Positions 20,249-30,669 of a stretch of DNA of 64,000 nt are shown in pieces. The DNA lies in NCBI GenBank assembly GCA_024231025.1, contig JAAEQW010000120.1, positions 66,324 through 130,323 of the forward strand, written 5' to 3'. The DNA comes from Candidatus Omnitrophota bacterium (GTDB lineage Bacteria; Omnitrophota; Gorgyraeia; Duberdicusellales; 4484-171). Position numbers and translations under genes: made by a program. The stretch's first letter is position 1, and the number at the start of each line of letters is the position of its first letter. Below the pieces are notes generated by a model. The model saw only the letters and a program-made list of their open reading frames with translations. It was not told where the DNA came from and did no database searches.

Positions 20249-21193
20249 TTACCGCAGAATTTTGCCTTCTCCTGTGTCCCTTTGGAAAAACCCCATAAGA
20301 AAACCTAAAAATATATAGAAAAAAACAGCAATTACACCGGCAACTAAAATTCTATGGCCTCTGTTATGCCCAATCATCTCCATTGACGAAGAGATAATTT
20401 CAACTTCATCCAACTCCGCCGCCTTAACGGCTAGTGCTTCTTCATGTTTTTGCGTTAAAATTTCATACGCCATTTTATTTTTTTTCATTTTTTGATTTAA
20501 CTTAGCTAGTCTTGCTTCTTTTCTTTTTACGTCTCTTTCTAATCTAGATATTTTTCGCGTAAATTTAAAACCGAAGAAACCGCAGCTCTTTTCATTTTCC
20601 TTCATATTTTTCGTGTCATTCTTCATCTTTGCGCTCATTAAATCCAACCCGCTTTCAAGCTGAAACTCCTCAACTAATTCCTTACTCTGGGTAAAATTCT
20701 GACGAGCAGTCTCAAGCTTCTTGGGCATACTTTTTCTTAGGGACTCTTTTAGTTGTTTCCCCTGGTACCCCTGATATATCTTCGCCCACGCATAAGCTAT
20801 TTCTAATACCTTCTTAGGGCTGGCATCTATAACCTGTAGTTGTAAAATATTTGCGTTTGCTGATTCTTTAATATTCAACTTTTGCGATTTATCTTTCTGC
20901 GTTAATTGTTTTCCAGATTTATTTTTTAAATCTAGTTTATTAGCTAACATCTCCAAGGCTGCTTTCGGATCTAAACACATTTCATCAACACAAAACCTAC
21001 TTAGGTCTTTGATTGATAGCACACGAACCGAAACTGTCGCCCGATAAACCTCCGGCATTAAAAAAGTAACTCCGCCAATAACGACTGTTGCAAACAAAAA
21101 AACAGATAAGGCTATCCTCTTTTTATCACTAATAAAGCTATCAGCAACTTGCAAAAGGCCTCTCTTTTTTTGTAGATTATGTTGTTTTCCCAT
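20249..21193 (-). CDS. Wzz-like chain-length determinant / polysaccharide co-polymerase
   Basis: N- and C-terminal TM helices, MPEVYRAT, coiled-coil middle. Confidence 0.7.
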   Translation of the reverse strand: MGKQHNLQKKRGLLQVADSFISDKKRIALSVFLFATVVIGGVTFLMPEVYRATVSVRVLSIKDLSRFCVDEMCLDPKAALEMLANKLDLKNKSGKQLTQKDKSQKLNIKESANANILQLQVIDASPKKVLEIAYAWAKIYQGYQGKQLKESLRKSMPKKLETARQNFTQSKELVEEFQLESGLDLMSAKMKNDTKNMKENEKSCGFFGFKFTRKISRLERDVKRKEARLAKLNQKMKKNKMAYEILTQKHEEALAVKAAELDEVEIISSSMEMIGHNRGHRILVAGVIAVFFYIFLGFLMGFFQRDTGEGKILR

Positions 21194-21213
21194 TGATCCT
21201 TTTTTTACGCCTC

Positions 21214-21537
21214 TTAGCTAGCTGGTATTTTTTCTAATTCTTCCTTTAACTTTAGATACTCCTTCTCTTTTCTTTTTAAAAAATAATAAGTAAGCTGCAA
21301 TTTATGCTCTAGACCTTTTCCGGTTAGCATATACTTAACTTTTCTGATTTTTTGGTTTTTAATGGTGAAGTTTTTGATTTCAACCAAGCCTCTGGTAACC
21401 AAAGACTTAAGAAGATAATTAGTCTTACCTAAGGAAACTCCCAAGGAATGTGACAGTTCTCTTTGGCTTGAACCTTCCGTTGACGATAAGACTCGAAGAA
21501 TATTTAGAATGTCTTCTTTGATATGGTGTTCATTCAT
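21214..21537 (-). CDS. MarR-family EPS-associated transcriptional regulator
   Basis: SQRELSHSLGVSLGKTNYLLKSL...YMLTGKG winged-helix signature. Confidence 0.9.
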   Translation of the reverse strand: MNEHHIKEDILNILRVLSSTEGSSQRELSHSLGVSLGKTNYLLKSLVTRGLVEIKNFTIKNQKIRKVKYMLTGKGLEHKLQLTYYFLKRKEKEYLKLKEELEKIPAS

Positions 21538-21573
21538 TGAACACTATTATAAAAGAAAAGGAGAAGCTGTCAA
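21526..21573 (-). promoter_or_regulatory. Sigma70 promoter TTGACA-N16-TATAAT with overlapping palindrome GTGTTCA-N5-TGAACAC
   Basis: -35 at 21568-21573, -10 at 21546-21551; palindrome 21526-21544 spans the start codon. Confidence 0.75.
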
Positions 21574-21587
21574 TTGTTTTATAGCGG

Positions 21588-22715
21588 CTAGGTATAGAAG
21601 TCACAAACCTTTCTGGCGACACAAGTTACGGCTGGCTGCTTCATCATAGGAAAGACTGGTAAGGTTAGAATTTCATTAAGTACAGCTTTACAATTATTAA
21701 GTGAGCCTGCAATCCGGCATCTTCTAAACGCCTTCATTTCCGGCAAAATTACCGGATAATAAACGCGTGCCCCGATGCCGCTATTATTAAGGTAAGTAAG
21801 TAGCTTATTTCTTTTCGAAGATACTTTTATGGTATACAAATTATACACATGTTTCATTCCCTTTGGCTCACTTGGGCATTGCATGCTTTTTACACTCTTA
21901 AAAACTTTATTGTAATTAGCGGCTACTTTGCGACGTAGGTTATTAAATTTATCCACATATTTCAACTTTACCAGAAGAATTGCCGCCTGCATTGAATCCA
22001 AGCGAGAGTTATACCCTATAAAGTCAGCATCATAAGCGGTGCGTTGGCCATGATTACGTAAAATTTTAATGTTGTCGGCAATTTTACCGTTATTAGTTGC
22101 GATTAATCCTCCATCACCAAAGGCCCCTAAATTTTTTGAAGGAAAAAAGCTATAACAGCCACAATCTCCGATCGTTCCTAATTTCTTATCATTACAGCTG
22201 CCACCAAAAGCTTGTGCAGCATCTTCTACAATAAATAATTTGTTTTCACGGGCGATTTTTTTAATCTCAACCATCGCAGCGCTCAAACCATACAAATGCA
22301 CCGGCATAATCCCAACGGTGTTTTTGTTAATTGCCTGTTTTATTTTTTTCGGATCAATGTTAAAAGTATCATAATCAATATCCACAAAAACAGGGCTCGC
22401 CCCAGAGCGCACTATCGCTTCAGCCGTTGCAATAAAAGTAAAAGGAGTGGTTACAATTTCATCCTTTTTGTCAAAATGGTCCTTGCCTTTAAGCTTTACC
22501 GCTAAAGCCTTTAATGACAAAATTAAAGCGTCAGTTCCTGACGCAACACCAACTGCGTACTTTACCCCTAAATATTTTGCCACCTCTTTTTCAAACGCAA
22601 GTTCTTTAGGCCCTAAGATCCAAGATTGTGTCTGAAAACAAGATTTTAGCTCTTCGCTAATTTCTTTTTTAAAAATTTTGTATTCGTCAGATAAATCTAA
22701 AATTGGAATATTCAT
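21588..22715 (-). CDS. DegT/DnrJ/EryC1/StrS aminotransferase
   Basis: SGTDAL, EDAAQA, SFFPSKNLGAFGDGG, NSRLD. Confidence 0.9.
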   Translation of the reverse strand: MNIPILDLSDEYKIFKKEISEELKSCFQTQSWILGPKELAFEKEVAKYLGVKYAVGVASGTDALILSLKALAVKLKGKDHFDKKDEIVTTPFTFIATAEAIVRSGASPVFVDIDYDTFNIDPKKIKQAINKNTVGIMPVHLYGLSAAMVEIKKIARENKLFIVEDAAQAFGGSCNDKKLGTIGDCGCYSFFPSKNLGAFGDGGLIATNNGKIADNIKILRNHGQRTAYDADFIGYNSRLDSMQAAILLVKLKYVDKFNNLRRKVAANYNKVFKSVKSMQCPSEPKGMKHVYNLYTIKVSSKRNKLLTYLNNSGIGARVYYPVILPEMKAFRRCRIAGSLNNCKAVLNEILTLPVFPMMKQPAVTCVARKVCDFYT

Positions 22716-22716
22716 T

Positions 22717-23643
22717 CTATTTACTTTTAAAGTATTCGATGGTACGTATGAGACCCTTTTTTAATGGCACCTTCGGGGTCCATTTTAAGTGTTTTTTCGC
22801 CTTCGTTATATCAGGACACCTTCTTTGAGGGTCATCTTCCGGTAATGGTAAGAACTTTATTTTCGACTTTGACTTTATTAAAACCTTAACCATCTGTGCA
22901 AGACCAATAACTTTAAGTTCCGTAGGATTTCCTAAATTCAAAGGCAAGCTATAGTCAGCTACCATCATTTTAATTATCCCGGCAATAAGATCGTCAATAT
23001 AGCAGAACGAACGGGTTTGCTCGCCTTTGCCATATATGGTAATATCCTCACCTTCAAGCACCTGATTAATAAAATTTGAAACAACCCTGCCATCATCTTT
23101 CTGCATATTCGGACCGTAAGTATTAAAAATACGAACAACTCTAACATCAAGGTCATGCATTTTTTTATAAGCATATGTAAAGGCCTCTGCGCCACGTTTA
23201 CTTTCGTCATAGCAGGAGCGCACACCGATAGAATTAACATTGCCCCAATATTGTTCACTTTGCGGATGCTCTAGGGGATCGCCATAAACTTCTGATGTTG
23301 ACGCTAAAAAAAACTTTGCCCTTTTTTCCTTGGCTAGCCCCAAGCAATTATGCGTACCAAGTAACCCCGATTTCAAGGTATGTATTGGATGTTTTAGGTA
23401 ATACCTTGGAGAAGCAAGAGAAGCGAAATGCATTACCCAATCTAACTGACCATCAATATAAAGTTCATCAGCAATATCGTGCTCGATAAGCTTAAACTCC
23501 TTATTCTCGAGAAGATCGCTTACGTTATCTTTTGAGCCAGTAATAAAATTGTCCACACAAATTACAGAATTGCCATATTCTAATAATTTCCTACACAAGT
23601 GCGAACCGATAAACCCTGCCCCGCCGGTAATTAGCACTCTCAT
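22717..23643 (-). CDS. UDP-glucuronate decarboxylase (UDP-xylose synthase)
   Basis: GGAGFIGSH, ASTSEVYGDP, YWGNVN, CYDESKR, DGRVVSNF, DDPQRRCPDI. Confidence 0.9.
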   Translation of the reverse strand: MRVLITGGAGFIGSHLCRKLLEYGNSVICVDNFITGSKDNVSDLLENKEFKLIEHDIADELYIDGQLDWVMHFASLASPRYYLKHPIHTLKSGLLGTHNCLGLAKEKRAKFFLASTSEVYGDPLEHPQSEQYWGNVNSIGVRSCYDESKRGAEAFTYAYKKMHDLDVRVVRIFNTYGPNMQKDDGRVVSNFINQVLEGEDITIYGKGEQTRSFCYIDDLIAGIIKMMVADYSLPLNLGNPTELKVIGLAQMVKVLIKSKSKIKFLPLPEDDPQRRCPDITKAKKHLKWTPKVPLKKGLIRTIEYFKSK

Positions 23644-23645
23644 AA

Positions 23646-24950
23646 TTAAAGACCCCTTATGTTATCAAATTTCTTTTTATAAGTGTTTCGTGTATCAAAA
23701 ACAAGTTTGGCGTTCTTCCTTATAAACTCATAGTTCACTCCGGTATGTGCAGTAATCAAGGCAACGCAATCATATTGAGCTAATACTTTTTTAGTTAAAC
23801 GCACTGCTTTTAAATTTATGGTTCCTATTTTTAAATAAGGTACCAGCGGATCGTAATAGTCTACCTTAATTTTATTTTTCATAAATCCTTCGATAATATC
23901 CAGCGCTGGTGACTCTCGTAAATCATTAACGTCTTTCTTATAAGTAACGCCTAAAATCAAAACTTTTGCCGTTGTTATAGGGATCTTTCTCTCAGTTAAC
24001 AAATCTTTTACTTTACAAACAATGTGTTTGGGCATGAAATGATTAACTTCTACCGCCAAATCAATCATTTTCGTTTTAAAGCCTAGTTTTTTTGCCTTCC
24101 ATGATAAATATACCGGATCTGCTGGAAGACAATGCCCGCCCGCGCCTGGACCAGGATAAAAAGGCATAAACCCAAATGGTTTTGTTTTGGCCGCCTCAAT
24201 CACTTCCCAAACATCTATACCCATCTTATGGCAAATCATGGCAAATTCGTTTGCTAGGCCAATATTAACCAATCTAAATGTATTCTCTAAAAGTTTGCTG
24301 GTTTCGGCAACTTCAGGCGATGAAACAACGACCACATCTTTAATAATTCGTGAGTATAAGGCCTTCGCTAACTCACTCGATTTAGCTGACAGACCCCCAA
24401 CAACTTTTGGTATTTTTGTTAAAGGATATTTCTTGTCCCCCGGATTAACTCGTTCCGGTGAAAAGCATAGAAAAAAATCATGCCCTTCTTTTAAGCCGCT
24501 TTTTTTTAATTCCGGTAAAACTACTTCACGAGTTGTAGCCGGGTATGATGTACTTTCCAACACAACTAACTGGTTGGATTTTAAATTTTTTCTTATAGTT
24601 GCGCTCGCCTTTACAACATAGGAAATATCCGGTATCTTTATTTTACGCAATGGCGTTGGCACACAAATTATAACAACATCAGCCTTAGCTATAATCTTAT
24701 TGTTTTCAGACGGGTGAAGTTTACCACTCTTTATAAGTTTGGTAACGTCATTAGGGTCAATATCGGCTATATATTTAACGCCTTTTTGTAATCTTTGCAC
24801 TTTTATCGAGCTGGTGTCAAACCCATAAACAAAATATCCTTTTTTGGCAAAAGCAACAGCTAAAGGGAGCCCTACATAGCCCATGCCAATAACGCAAATC
24901 TTTGCTGTCTTTTTATTAATTTTGTCTTTTAGTATTCTGTAACTATTCAT
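23646..24950 (-). CDS. UDP-N-acetyl-hexosamine dehydrogenase (WecC/WbpO-like)
   Basis: GMGYVGLP, CVPTP, SPERVNPG, GGHCLPADP, DLRESP. Confidence 0.9.
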   Translation of the reverse strand: MNSYRILKDKINKKTAKICVIGMGYVGLPLAVAFAKKGYFVYGFDTSSIKVQRLQKGVKYIADIDPNDVTKLIKSGKLHPSENNKIIAKADVVIICVPTPLRKIKIPDISYVVKASATIRKNLKSNQLVVLESTSYPATTREVVLPELKKSGLKEGHDFFLCFSPERVNPGDKKYPLTKIPKVVGGLSAKSSELAKALYSRIIKDVVVVSSPEVAETSKLLENTFRLVNIGLANEFAMICHKMGIDVWEVIEAAKTKPFGFMPFYPGPGAGGHCLPADPVYLSWKAKKLGFKTKMIDLAVEVNHFMPKHIVCKVKDLLTERKIPITTAKVLILGVTYKKDVNDLRESPALDIIEGFMKNKIKVDYYDPLVPYLKIGTINLKAVRLTKKVLAQYDCVALITAHTGVNYEFIRKNAKLVFDTRNTYKKKFDNIRGL

Positions 24951-25032
24951 AAAAAACCCCGTGACGTATTTTCGCAGATTCTTTTTATTCCGTCAATGGA
25001 CAAAATAATTAATCCTGATTGGGAACAATGCG

Positions 25033-26142
25033 TTAGGCTAAATAATCTTTAGTTATCGCCGTAACATATTTACCAATGGCAAGGGCCGCTGTTAGGCCTG
25101 GGGACTCTATCCCAATAAGATTTATTAAACCGGGAAATCCGTTATTTTTTTCATGATTTATTATAAAATCTTTTACCCCTTCACCACTTATTTTAGGCCT
25201 TATTCCCGCCATATCGGCAGCCAGGGCTGTTCTCTCCAAGCCACCGATCAACGCCTTAGCCTTTTCATAAAAAATGTCCCCTTTGCAATTATCAACTTGG
25301 TAATCTATTTCATCAACATATTCAATATCCGGCCCAAAACGTAAATGGCCCGCCAAATCTATTGTAGCGTGCACGCCTAATCCTTTTAAATCTTTTTGCG
25401 GCACCGGATAAATAAGCCTCTTTACCGGTGAAGGTTTAGAGTAAGAAAAATATGACCCCTTGCAATAGGCCAATTTGTAATCAAGCGCATCAATACTGAG
25501 ACCAACTAAACCAGCAACAATGTCTGAGCCCAGTCCGGCTGAATTAATAACTACTCGTGAAGAAAAAATATAATCATCATCTTTTTGACTTACGACATAC
25601 TTATCCAATTGTTTTTCGATATTTGATATTTCGCTATTAAATGCAAAAGTTACCCCTAAAGCCTTCGCTTTGCGATATAAGCTCTTCATCAAAGAATGAG
25701 AATCAACAATGCCAGTATTTGGTAAATAAAGCGCCGAATAAGCTTTAACCATCGGTTCTAAGTTGTTTGCTTCATTCCTGGTTAATAGGCTTAATCCGCG
25801 AATATCTCTTTTGACACCCAAATCATATAAACAATCTAATTGAGCTTGCTCTTGGGCGTTTAGAGCAACTATTAACTTGCCTAACTTATTATAATTAATC
25901 TGATTTTTATCGCAATAATCATAAAGCAATTGCGCCCCTTGCAGACACAGTTTCATCTTTAACGATCCTTGCGGATAATAAATACCGGAATGGACAACTT
26001 CGCTATTACGACTACTGCTTTCCTGTCCAAAGGTTTGATTTTTATCAACGACTACTATGTTTTTGAAATTTTCGGATAATTGTGCAGCTATCGCAAGACC
26101 GACCACCCCAGCCCCAATGATGGTTATGCCTACCTCATCCAT
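25033..26142 (-). CDS. FAD-dependent oxidoreductase, L-2-hydroxyglutarate oxidase family
   Basis: GAGVVG, SSRNSEVVHSGIYY, GIRPK, GIESPGLT. Confidence 0.85.
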   Translation of the reverse strand: MDEVGITIIGAGVVGLAIAAQLSENFKNIVVVDKNQTFGQESSSRNSEVVHSGIYYPQGSLKMKLCLQGAQLLYDYCDKNQINYNKLGKLIVALNAQEQAQLDCLYDLGVKRDIRGLSLLTRNEANNLEPMVKAYSALYLPNTGIVDSHSLMKSLYRKAKALGVTFAFNSEISNIEKQLDKYVVSQKDDDYIFSSRVVINSAGLGSDIVAGLVGLSIDALDYKLAYCKGSYFSYSKPSPVKRLIYPVPQKDLKGLGVHATIDLAGHLRFGPDIEYVDEIDYQVDNCKGDIFYEKAKALIGGLERTALAADMAGIRPKISGEGVKDFIINHEKNNGFPGLINLIGIESPGLTAALAIGKYVTAITKDYLA

Positions 26143-26211
26143 GTCTGGAGCCAACAACGCAGATTTTTGTTAATCTTTTATCAACTTTATCTTTTGAAAT
26201 TTTACAATTAT

Positions 26212-27516
26212 TCATTTTCCTCTACCTAAACCAATATATTCAAATCCAGCGGCAATTAGCTTTACTGGATCAAGCATATTTCTTCCATCAGCGATTAGGG
26301 CGTTGTTCATGGTTTTTTTGATTTTTTTGAAATCAAGTGCTAAAAACTGCTTCCACTCAGTTAAAAAACAAACACAATCGCACCCCTTAACTGCCGCATA
26401 CGCATCTTTGGCAAACATGATTTTTTTACTTTTAAATATATTTTTTGCCTCATTCATAGCTTTCGGATCATAAAGAGTAAGCTCTGCTCCTTCTTTCTCT
26501 AATGTTTTAACGATATTGATTGACGGAGCAAAACGCATATCGTCGGTATTGGGCTTAAAAGATAAACCCAATATGGCAATTTTTTTACCTCTAATGACCC
26601 ACAGCCTCTCTCGTATTTTTTCGGTAAAATAAAGTTGTTGTTCGTGGTTGATTTTTGTAACTTCTTTAAGAAAGGAAAAATCATAGCCTAGCTTTTTAGA
26701 TATATAAGCAAACGCTTCAACATCCTTTGGAAAACAAAAACCCCCCCACCCGATACCTGCGGATAAAAAATCTCCTCCGATTCTTTTATCAAGCCCCATC
26801 GCTTGAGATACTTTTTCGACATCGGCACCGGCCTTATCGCAAACCCTTGAAACAGCATTAATAAAAGAAATTTTACTGGCTAAAAATGAATTTGAAGCAT
26901 GCTTAATAATTTCGGCAGTGTTAACATCGGTAACAATTATTTTGGTCTTTAATTTAGAGTATATTTGGCGCAAAATTGTTTCAGCCTGTTTTGAATCAAC
27001 TCCCAAAACTATTCTATCCGGGTAAAATGAATCATGCACTGCTTTGCCTTCTCTTAAGAATTCCGGGTTAGAAGCGACATCATATGTTGCATCACCTTTT
27101 TTGTATCTTGCAATAGTCTCTTTAATTTTTTTACCGGTTTGAACCGGCACCGTTGATTTTTCAACAATCAATTTATATGAATTAAGATTTTTAGCAATTA
27201 CTCTGGCTACATCCTCAATCGCACTTAAGTCGGCAGAACCATCACTCTTGGGAGGAGTGCCTACAGCAATAAATATTACTTTTGATTTTTTTATGCTGTT
27301 ATCCAAAGAGTCCGAGAAAACAAGCCGCTTGCTATTGGCAGTTTTCTTAACCAGCGTAGCAAGCTTAGGCTCATAAAAAGGCATTTTTCCTTTCTTTAAG
27401 AGTGCGATCTTTGCGCTATCATTATCAACACAAATAACACTATGGCCCATTTGCGCAAAACAAGCCGCTGCAACCAAACCAACGTGCCCCCCGCCAATTA
27501 CACAAATTCTATGCAT
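26212..27516 (-). CDS. ugd: UDP-glucose 6-dehydrogenase
   Basis: AVGTP, KSTVPV, SNPEFLREG, GGFCFPKD, FKPNTDDMR. Confidence 0.92.
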   Translation of the reverse strand: MHRICVIGGGHVGLVAAACFAQMGHSVICVDNDSAKIALLKKGKMPFYEPKLATLVKKTANSKRLVFSDSLDNSIKKSKVIFIAVGTPPKSDGSADLSAIEDVARVIAKNLNSYKLIVEKSTVPVQTGKKIKETIARYKKGDATYDVASNPEFLREGKAVHDSFYPDRIVLGVDSKQAETILRQIYSKLKTKIIVTDVNTAEIIKHASNSFLASKISFINAVSRVCDKAGADVEKVSQAMGLDKRIGGDFLSAGIGWGGFCFPKDVEAFAYISKKLGYDFSFLKEVTKINHEQQLYFTEKIRERLWVIRGKKIAILGLSFKPNTDDMRFAPSINIVKTLEKEGAELTLYDPKAMNEAKNIFKSKKIMFAKDAYAAVKGCDCVCFLTEWKQFLALDFKKIKKTMNNALIADGRNMLDPVKLIAAGFEYIGLGRGK

Positions 27517-27518
27517 TT

Positions 27519-29669
27519 TTAATAATCCTTTCTTGCCCCTTCGTAACTATGGTCAAACCCTAAATGAAGATCAGGAAAATCTTTTAAAGTGAAAACTAAC
27601 CAAAAAGTAAACTTTCTATCTTTGTTTTCTTTCTCATCTACATCAAGTCCAACATCCATCCACCAACAATGCAAATCGGTTCTGAGAGCATATTGCTGCT
27701 CCTTAAATCTTCTATCTGTATTCTCATAACGAATATAATTTGTAAATCTAACCTTTGGTGTTAGCTGATACTCTAGGCCCAAAGTACTCTGGCTTGAATC
27801 GCTACGCGTGTATCTTTGCCCTAAAGATATTGAATATTTATTTTCTTCGGGATCGCTAAGTGTTAGGTCAACATTTACCCCTCTAAATGCACCAAGAGAA
27901 AAGTCATATTCTGTATCGGAATTTAGAGCCAATCCCGCTCTAGGGTAAATTTCTAAATCAGCCTTTATATTTTTAAAGTAACTCCCTTTTCCCTCTTCAT
28001 GAATCGCATATTCAACCGCCGGACTAAAATACAAAAATGTCCAAATTTCTTCTTGCGATTTCGCCTGCAGTTTATTGTCCAATTTAAAAATCACGCTTTC
28101 CTTCCTGACTAAGTTGTCTGTTCCGTCAAACTGGAAAAGATCAGAATTAGGAATTGTCGGCTGATGAATATAATCATACTGCAAGGTTGGCGTTAGGACA
28201 TGGCGCATAGAATCAACTGTCTTGCCAAGAATATTACCATCAACTCTAAACGTTTTATAAAGTTTAGTGCTTAAAGACGCTCCTGCGGCAGGAGTTGTGC
28301 GAGTAACATTCTCTCGGCTCGAAGAATCTTTAGAATAAAACGTGGTATAATTTCCGATGTAAGGATTAAAATACAACCACCCTACTTTTTTAGCATAGCT
28401 TAAAGTATTATGGGAATGCGCACGCATTGCATCGTGATCTACGTCAGAATTGGCAGTCTTATAACTTAAATTGCCTACTGCTGTATTTGACTCAAAGTAA
28501 AAACTGCTATTGCCTAAATTCTGCTTATAAAAATCATATTCCAATTGTGGCAGGTATTCTGTTTCACTCCAAAAACGATTCATTCTTTTCTGGCCCAACA
28601 AAGATAATGACGAGTTAGAAAAAGAATAATCAATTAAACCATAGCTCAAAGGATGGGGCTGAACTTCATACTCACGATAAAAAAAATCTTTAATGAAATA
28701 CTCATCTGAGAACTTATTGAATTCACTGGTTATTGACATCTTCGGTGAAATTTGCCAGCAGTAAGCTCCTTGAGCCTTGTAACGATCATCTTCTAAATAC
28801 TTATCCGATACCGCAGCACGCCCGGGATATATCTTAAAAAGATCGTTTCTCTTGTTGCTTCGGTACATCTCATCATCAAGATAATAATAATTGATTAGCG
28901 CCTCACCAAAATTTTTACTCTCCATCTTATGGCTTATACCTTGGCCGATTCCACGATCTTCATAAAAATCAAGATGGACCTTACCCCTATGCTCATCATT
29001 AATATGATAGCGCCAGCGAGTTAACATGTAGTTGCCCCAATCGCTCTCCTTTCCGGGTGAAATCTCAAATGGAAATGAATTATCATTCAACGGCATAACG
29101 CAATACGGTATATAAAAGAGTGGGATTTTACCCAATTTCAAAACCATGTTCTTAGCTATAATCTTTTTCCCCGGAAAAGCCACAACTCGCTTTGCTGTCA
29201 TTCGATAATGAGGCTTTTCGGCACTGCAAGTCGTAATATGGCCCCGCTTTAGAATATACTTATCGTCACCAATTCTTTGAACCTCATTAGCCTTTGCATA
29301 TAAAGGAGGAAACTCCATTTCGGTTCCAAGCATTTGCGCTTTGTTTGTGTTAAAGTTATATAAAACATTATCGCCATAGATGGTTGAGCCATCTCTTACT
29401 ATCCTTATATTTCCAGAAAGATTAGCAATATGCGTATTTGCGTCATAATCAGCGCGGTCGCAAAACAATTCAGTCCCTTGATATTTCATCTTCACGTTAC
29501 CGCAAACCTTCACTTTGCTTTCACCCTGAGCATAACTGATCTCATCACCATCAATCACAACTGGTAAAATTTCTTCTTCGCAAAAAACAGTTGGTAGACC
29601 AAAGACTAAAGACCAAAGACCAAAGACCAAAAATAACTTTATAACTCGTGATTTTCTTTGATAATTCAT
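27519..29669 (-). CDS. lptD: LPS assembly outer-membrane protein LptD
   Basis: Signal peptide, OstA-like N-domain, TTCS...PHY, beta-barrel C-terminus (DLHCW). Confidence 0.8.
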   Translation of the reverse strand: MNYQRKSRVIKLFLVFGLWSLVFGLPTVFCEEEILPVVIDGDEISYAQGESKVKVCGNVKMKYQGTELFCDRADYDANTHIANLSGNIRIVRDGSTIYGDNVLYNFNTNKAQMLGTEMEFPPLYAKANEVQRIGDDKYILKRGHITTCSAEKPHYRMTAKRVVAFPGKKIIAKNMVLKLGKIPLFYIPYCVMPLNDNSFPFEISPGKESDWGNYMLTRWRYHINDEHRGKVHLDFYEDRGIGQGISHKMESKNFGEALINYYYLDDEMYRSNKRNDLFKIYPGRAAVSDKYLEDDRYKAQGAYCWQISPKMSITSEFNKFSDEYFIKDFFYREYEVQPHPLSYGLIDYSFSNSSLSLLGQKRMNRFWSETEYLPQLEYDFYKQNLGNSSFYFESNTAVGNLSYKTANSDVDHDAMRAHSHNTLSYAKKVGWLYFNPYIGNYTTFYSKDSSSRENVTRTTPAAGASLSTKLYKTFRVDGNILGKTVDSMRHVLTPTLQYDYIHQPTIPNSDLFQFDGTDNLVRKESVIFKLDNKLQAKSQEEIWTFLYFSPAVEYAIHEEGKGSYFKNIKADLEIYPRAGLALNSDTEYDFSLGAFRGVNVDLTLSDPEENKYSISLGQRYTRSDSSQSTLGLEYQLTPKVRFTNYIRYENTDRRFKEQQYALRTDLHCWWMDVGLDVDEKENKDRKFTFWLVFTLKDFPDLHLGFDHSYEGARKDY
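29596..29630. repeat. Heptamer tandem repeat (AGACCAA)x5 inside the lptD signal-peptide coding region
   Basis: agaccaa agactaa agaccaa agaccaa agaccaa. Confidence 0.9.
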
Positions 29670-29671
29670 GA

Positions 29672-30583
29672 TTATTTTGAAAGTTTTTGTTTTGCTAAAA
29701 GACCCGCTCCAATTAAGCCGGCATTCTTTAGCTTAGCTTTTACTATTTTTGTATTTTTTGCCTGGGGCCACATTGCTTGCTTTTTTATAATTTTTAGAAG
29801 CATCGGTTTAAACACGCTCATCGCCCCGGAAACGCCTCCGCCTAAAACTATTTTATCAGGATCAAAGACATTTATCATCCCTGAAAGATACATGCCAAAA
29901 GCATAAGAAAACTCTTGCCAAACCTTAATCGCAGCCGTCTCCCCTTCTTTAGCTTTTAAGAAAATATCTTTTACTTTATTAAGAGTCTTTGCTTTTCCTT
30001 TTTTAAGTTGCGCATAACGCAAGAGTAAGTATTTATTACCCAAAAATGTCTCGATGCAACCATACCCACCGCACCCACACTTGGTGCCGGTTAAACTTAT
30101 CGGAAAATGCCCTAACTCTGCGGCACTTGTACTACCCTCTAAAATACGACCGTCCAAAATAACGGCACTGCCCAGCCCCGTTCCTAAAGTAAAAAATAAC
30201 ACTCGTTTTGCCTTCCTTGCCGCACCAAGGCAGTTTTCGGCTAAAGCGAAAACATTAGCATCATTATCCACAAAAACTGGAAGCTTTAATTCCTTTGCTA
30301 ACACCTTCTTAAGCGGATAATTTTTCCAACCATTAATATTGGGTAGGTAGTAAATAAACCCTTTTTTAATGTCAACTATTCCCGGAACCCCAATTCCAAC
30401 GCCTTTTATATCATATCCACTTAAATCAGCAACCAGTGATTTTATGCTTTCAATAAAGATCTTTTTGCTCTTTAGTCGATCTGAAACAAAAAGCTTCTTT
30501 CTCAAAACTCTACCGCTTGAGGTGACTACCCCCGCCTTAATGTATGTTCCGCCCCAATCAATACCTAAAAAATAGTCCATCAA
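29672..30583 (-). CDS. ROK family sugar kinase (glucokinase-like)
   Basis: GIDWGGT, DNDAN, TLGTGLG, ELGH, CGCGGYGCIE. Confidence 0.9.
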   Translation of the reverse strand: MMDYFLGIDWGGTYIKAGVVTSSGRVLRKKLFVSDRLKSKKIFIESIKSLVADLSGYDIKGVGIGVPGIVDIKKGFIYYLPNINGWKNYPLKKVLAKELKLPVFVDNDANVFALAENCLGAARKAKRVLFFTLGTGLGSAVILDGRILEGSTSAAELGHFPISLTGTKCGCGGYGCIETFLGNKYLLLRYAQLKKGKAKTLNKVKDIFLKAKEGETAAIKVWQEFSYAFGMYLSGMINVFDPDKIVLGGGVSGAMSVFKPMLLKIIKKQAMWPQAKNTKIVKAKLKNAGLIGAGLLAKQKLSK

Positions 30584-30589
30584 CTTATT

Positions 30590-30619
30590 ATTCTACCTAT
30601 ATAGCAACCCTTCTGTCAA
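30590..30619 (-). promoter_or_regulatory. Sigma70-like promoter TTGACA-N18-TAGAAT
   Basis: -35 at 30614-30619, -10 at 30590-30595, directly before the ROK start. Confidence 0.6.
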
Positions 30620-30669
30620 CCATCAACTCAGAATAATCGAAAATAAAATGCCTTCTGTTGCTTTAGTGC

